A stretch of 64,000 bases of DNA from Harriotta raleighana (Eukaryota). Location of the stretch: positions 421,636 to 485,635 of the forward strand of contig JBNZDD010013510.1 in assembly GCA_050575255.1 (NCBI GenBank). Direction: 5' to 3'. The notes under the pieces were generated by a model. It searched no databases. It was not told where the DNA came from and saw nothing but the letters and a program-made list of their open reading frames with translations. The position numbers and the translations under genes are program-made. Within the stretch, counting starts at the first letter, position 1; each line of letters begins with the position of its first letter. Positions 60,358-64,000 of this stretch are shown one piece after another.

Positions 60358-63028
60358 TATTCTGTGAATATTTGCTGTCTCCCTGCAGTTCTCTTGTATA
60401 TTTCGCATTCTGATGATGATATAGAAGGTCTGATGATGTACAACAAGCTCAGATAATGTGTCCGTCCCACAAAGGTCTCAGCGCACTGTAGATTGGTGAA
60501 ATTGGCTGCCAAGCATGGAAGTAGTAAGACGAGGTAGGTCTTCAGGTGGATTTGACGAAAGATAAAGGGTGTGGTGGGGGCGATGTGGAGGCATTGAAGC
60601 TTGGCAGTTCTGGTGATCATGTTCATCTGGAGTAATCTGATTCCTGAAGTGGACATTTTGAACGTATGAAATGACAGAGCGAGTATCAGCAACCTGAATG
60701 ACCATCAGGTGAGGAGAGGACATCCACAGACATCCGTATATAGGCACTCTCCAGCAGAGGTGAGTAATAGATGGCAGAGTGAGGAAACATTTTAAATAGA
60801 AAGCAAGCTCCATTTTTATAGTACCTTATCAGAAGTCCTCCAAGCACTGCACTGTAATTATGAGCATAGCAACAGTCTATTTGTCACGAAACAGCTGCCA
60901 ATGCTAGAATTTTATTGCAATTTATATTTTGTTAAAAGTGAGTTACACTCACTTTAATTAACTTCAACGATCTGAAGTACAATCATTTGCCACAGCAGTA
61001 TTCTACAAATGATCGCATTACTGTACAGTTTAGCACGTAATTCAGGAAAAAGCGTTTCAAAGGAACTTGTGGAAAGGGCAATGGCATGCTGAACAGAACA
61101 GCGTTAATTTGACTTTTAAAAATGTGACTTGAGGTGAAGTGAAAAATCACTCTTCTAAACCCAAAACAATAAGTTAGGATGCACCAAGACAGTAGCAGGT
61201 GAAGACATGAGTCTAGAGAGTTTCCATTGGCATTTTCAGTGTTAACAAGAGGAAGTATTCTTTACGCTGAGGGTAATTAACAATTGGAACTGGTTTCCAG
61301 AAACGGTTGTTAAACCTCGGACAGTGCCAGATGCTATGATGAGATATGGTAAAAAGCTGAGATCAAATCAGCCCCCAAAAAACTTTCTTCATCCCCCTCT
61401 CATGATCTAGTGTACAAGTGCCCACAAAGACTTGCCACTTCACTCCAGGTACTCGTCTGAAATCACACAATCACAACAGAAACCCTGCCAAATCTCACCA
61501 GGCATAGTAAAGTGGCCAAAAGCTCCCCCACAAATCTATCCTTCAATTTTAAACTGAAGGTTAAATTTAATCTTCAATCAAGCTGAACTACTTATAAAGA
61601 TTGTAAAAGGTCCAAGACCGGAACATTTCGAAACAAGGTCAGCACATTTTTACAATTCCCTGTTATTTATTTGTAAATGGAAAGTAGGTTATTGGTAATT
61701 GGCAGAGTTTTATAATTTTCTCTTACGGTCATTAATTTAAATTACAAATGAACCATGTGATAGACACAGCTACTGCCTTACCGAAGAGGGAAAGGTCAGC
61801 GAAAGTAAAGACTGAACTTGTAGTATTAGGTTTTCTGCCGTTTCATAAGCCTATTGAGTGAGAAAGATTCAACTGAGTAAATAAGTCGTTATTTTTAAAC
61901 AGATTCCACGTTACCCAAGTTATGTGATTAAAAAAATCAACTGTTAATAAACACTGCTTTTTCTTTAGGAATGTATTGCACAGGATGTTTTGTTGAATTT
62001 TCTGTGGTTTGGGCATTATTTAATCCAGGTTAGAAAATTGGAAAATCAAATCAATTGAATGGATAAAACCAATTGTTATGAGTTATTGTTTTTTTGGGAG
62101 GGGAATAAAAAGGATAGGCTGCATTGACTGGTGTCTAAAACATTGCAATCCAACCTGGGCTGAAGACAACCTTGATTTAACAGGCGCCTGGTGCGCTCTG
62201 GTTAAACTGACACTAAGATTAAGCATCTGCAGTTACGAGTGAGCATTTACAGGTTGCACTGGAATGTCGACAGCTAAATGTTGTGACCATTATTGCACAG
62301 CAGAGGTCATCCCAAGAATCCAAGGACAAATCTGTTAGCATTTAATGCTGCAAAACAAGTTTCAATCCAAGCAACTGGAGAGATCCAACAATGGACTGTT
62401 AAAGTGGGAGTCTTAACATCGATCCCCAGTCCTGACTGATATTCCTGTACGTGTTCAAAGAGTTTTCAGCAGTTGCTGCCGTGGCTGCTGAAGGGAAAAT
62501 CTTTCATCTGAGGGTGGAAGGTTAACAGAAGACAATCAAATGGAGGTTGGAAATCCCATCTAGTCTTAGACTGTGAAGCACTTTTCTTAAACTTTTAGAT
62601 GGGGCAGAATTGTGGAAGATTCCTAAATTAAATTCAATTTGGAAGCCGGTTCCTGTTTTTTTGGTGAAGAATTTTCCACAGTTCCACCCCATCTTTGAAG
62701 GGCTCTGAGACTCTACCCTACAAAAAGGGCTTCATATGAATGCAAGTTGTTGTTGCAGTATCTTAACTTGGAAGCCAATTGATCTTACAGGCCAAGCTAA
62801 GGCCATCTTGGATTTCAGGGCCTCTGCTCTTCATTCAGACTGTCCTGTCAGCTCTCCTGACATAAACAGAGCCTGTGGCTGAGAATGCATCAGTGAAGTG
62901 ACTCAAAATGTCTGGAGAGGTAAAAAGAAAATGGTATTTACAAATCAGAATGCAAGAAATCCAGTTTGTGAATCCTGGAGAATAATAATTCCAGTAATAA
63001 TTCCAATATGATCACTCAATCCACAACA

Positions 63029-63180
63029 TTTTTGTGAGACAATGCTGTGTGCAATTGGCTGCTGCGTTTCACCTACAAAACACCATCAATGCACTTAACA
63101 GTCTATTCTGTGAAGCACTTTGATATTCTCAAATACCGTGATAAAGCACTAAATCATATGCAATTATTATTATTATTACT
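63029..63180 (+). mobile_element. Diverged truncated SINE
   Basis: Family body and (ATT)n tail. Confidence 0.7.
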
Positions 63181-64000
63181 GCATTTTCAGCTGCATTGAC
63201 AGTGAATTCCAGCCACTCTCTCCGGTACGGACAAGTGGAACAGGCTGTTGTGTTGGCAGCCATGTCACGTACGCGATCCACTCAAGCAAGACCCCACACT
63301 TCTGTAAGAATTTAAGCTATGCTGTACTTAAGACTGAGCAGACAGCTGACTCACACAAGCAGGTACATACATTGCAAAAGATAGAAATTGCAGGTCATAG
63401 TTTAGACTAAGTACCATGTGGCATTCATCTCCCGAATCAACAAGGGGTCATTGAACACCAGAGCAGCAAAGTTTCTCGCCCAACATGCTCGTCTGTTATC
63501 TGTGGTCATACAGTAAAGAGTTGATCCTTCAACATTGACACGTCATAAATTTGTTGTGTTATTTATTATAAATATCCCCTTCGATCCATTCAGTACTGCA
63601 TTGAGCAGATTTTAGAGAGAGAGAGAGAGAGCCTGGTATAATGTTGCACAATATTTACACATTGTAGGAGGAGCTTGAATAGTCTATAATGATTCAACGC
63701 TGCTCAAAACATGCAGTATTGTCAATTTTGATATGCGTGACGTTATTTTTAGGAACTCAAAACAGAATATCTGGCTCGGATTTGGGCTCATCTATAATTG
63801 ATTTCCAGTATTCCTATTGGAAAGATTGTTTTCAGTCTCAATCACACAAACATACCCCTGAACAGACATTGGGAAAAGGAATCTTTCCAGGCCTCATTAA
63901 AAGAAAGTCTTTGAAGACAGACTGTATTGTAGCTTGACAAATACCAAACTTCCTGTCTGAACTGTCCTGTGACTATATTGGATTCACCAGGAAGCAAACA

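Noticed and set aside
1-64000. CRISPR array, operon or other prokaryote-type system
   Set aside because: Spliced vertebrate gene; the recurring motifs are dispersed SINE tails, not regularly spaced repeats.

Overview
Vertebrate genomic DNA, probably a cartilaginous fish (inferred from the SINE/CR1/L2 content and the divergent spectrin). Most of the window is one minus-strand beta-spectrin gene, best matched to erythrocytic beta-I spectrin (sptb). I traced 34 GT-AG exons from the CH1 exon (47371-47522) to the PH-domain stop (8177-8179), all in compatible phase. Main observations: (1) an alternative first coding exon at 53323-53413 ending ...[12 protein letters not shown], resembling the alternative N-terminus known from the paralogue SPTBN1; with it the CDS is 7029 nt (2342 aa). 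(2) A bifunctional exon at 18920-19052 whose internal donor can be skipped to give a short, PH-less, erythroid-type tail (2132 aa), as in mammalian SPTB. The canonical first coding exon (...RIKALA) is not present intact, but a possible decayed look-alike lies at 58980-59138. Bases 27-158 look like the coding end of a convergent plus-strand gene. The rest is intronic/UTR sequence with tRNA-headed SINEs, CR1 and L2 fragments, microsatellites, and duplications flanking single Ns that are probably assembly artefacts. I found no evidence for a wholly new multi-gene system.
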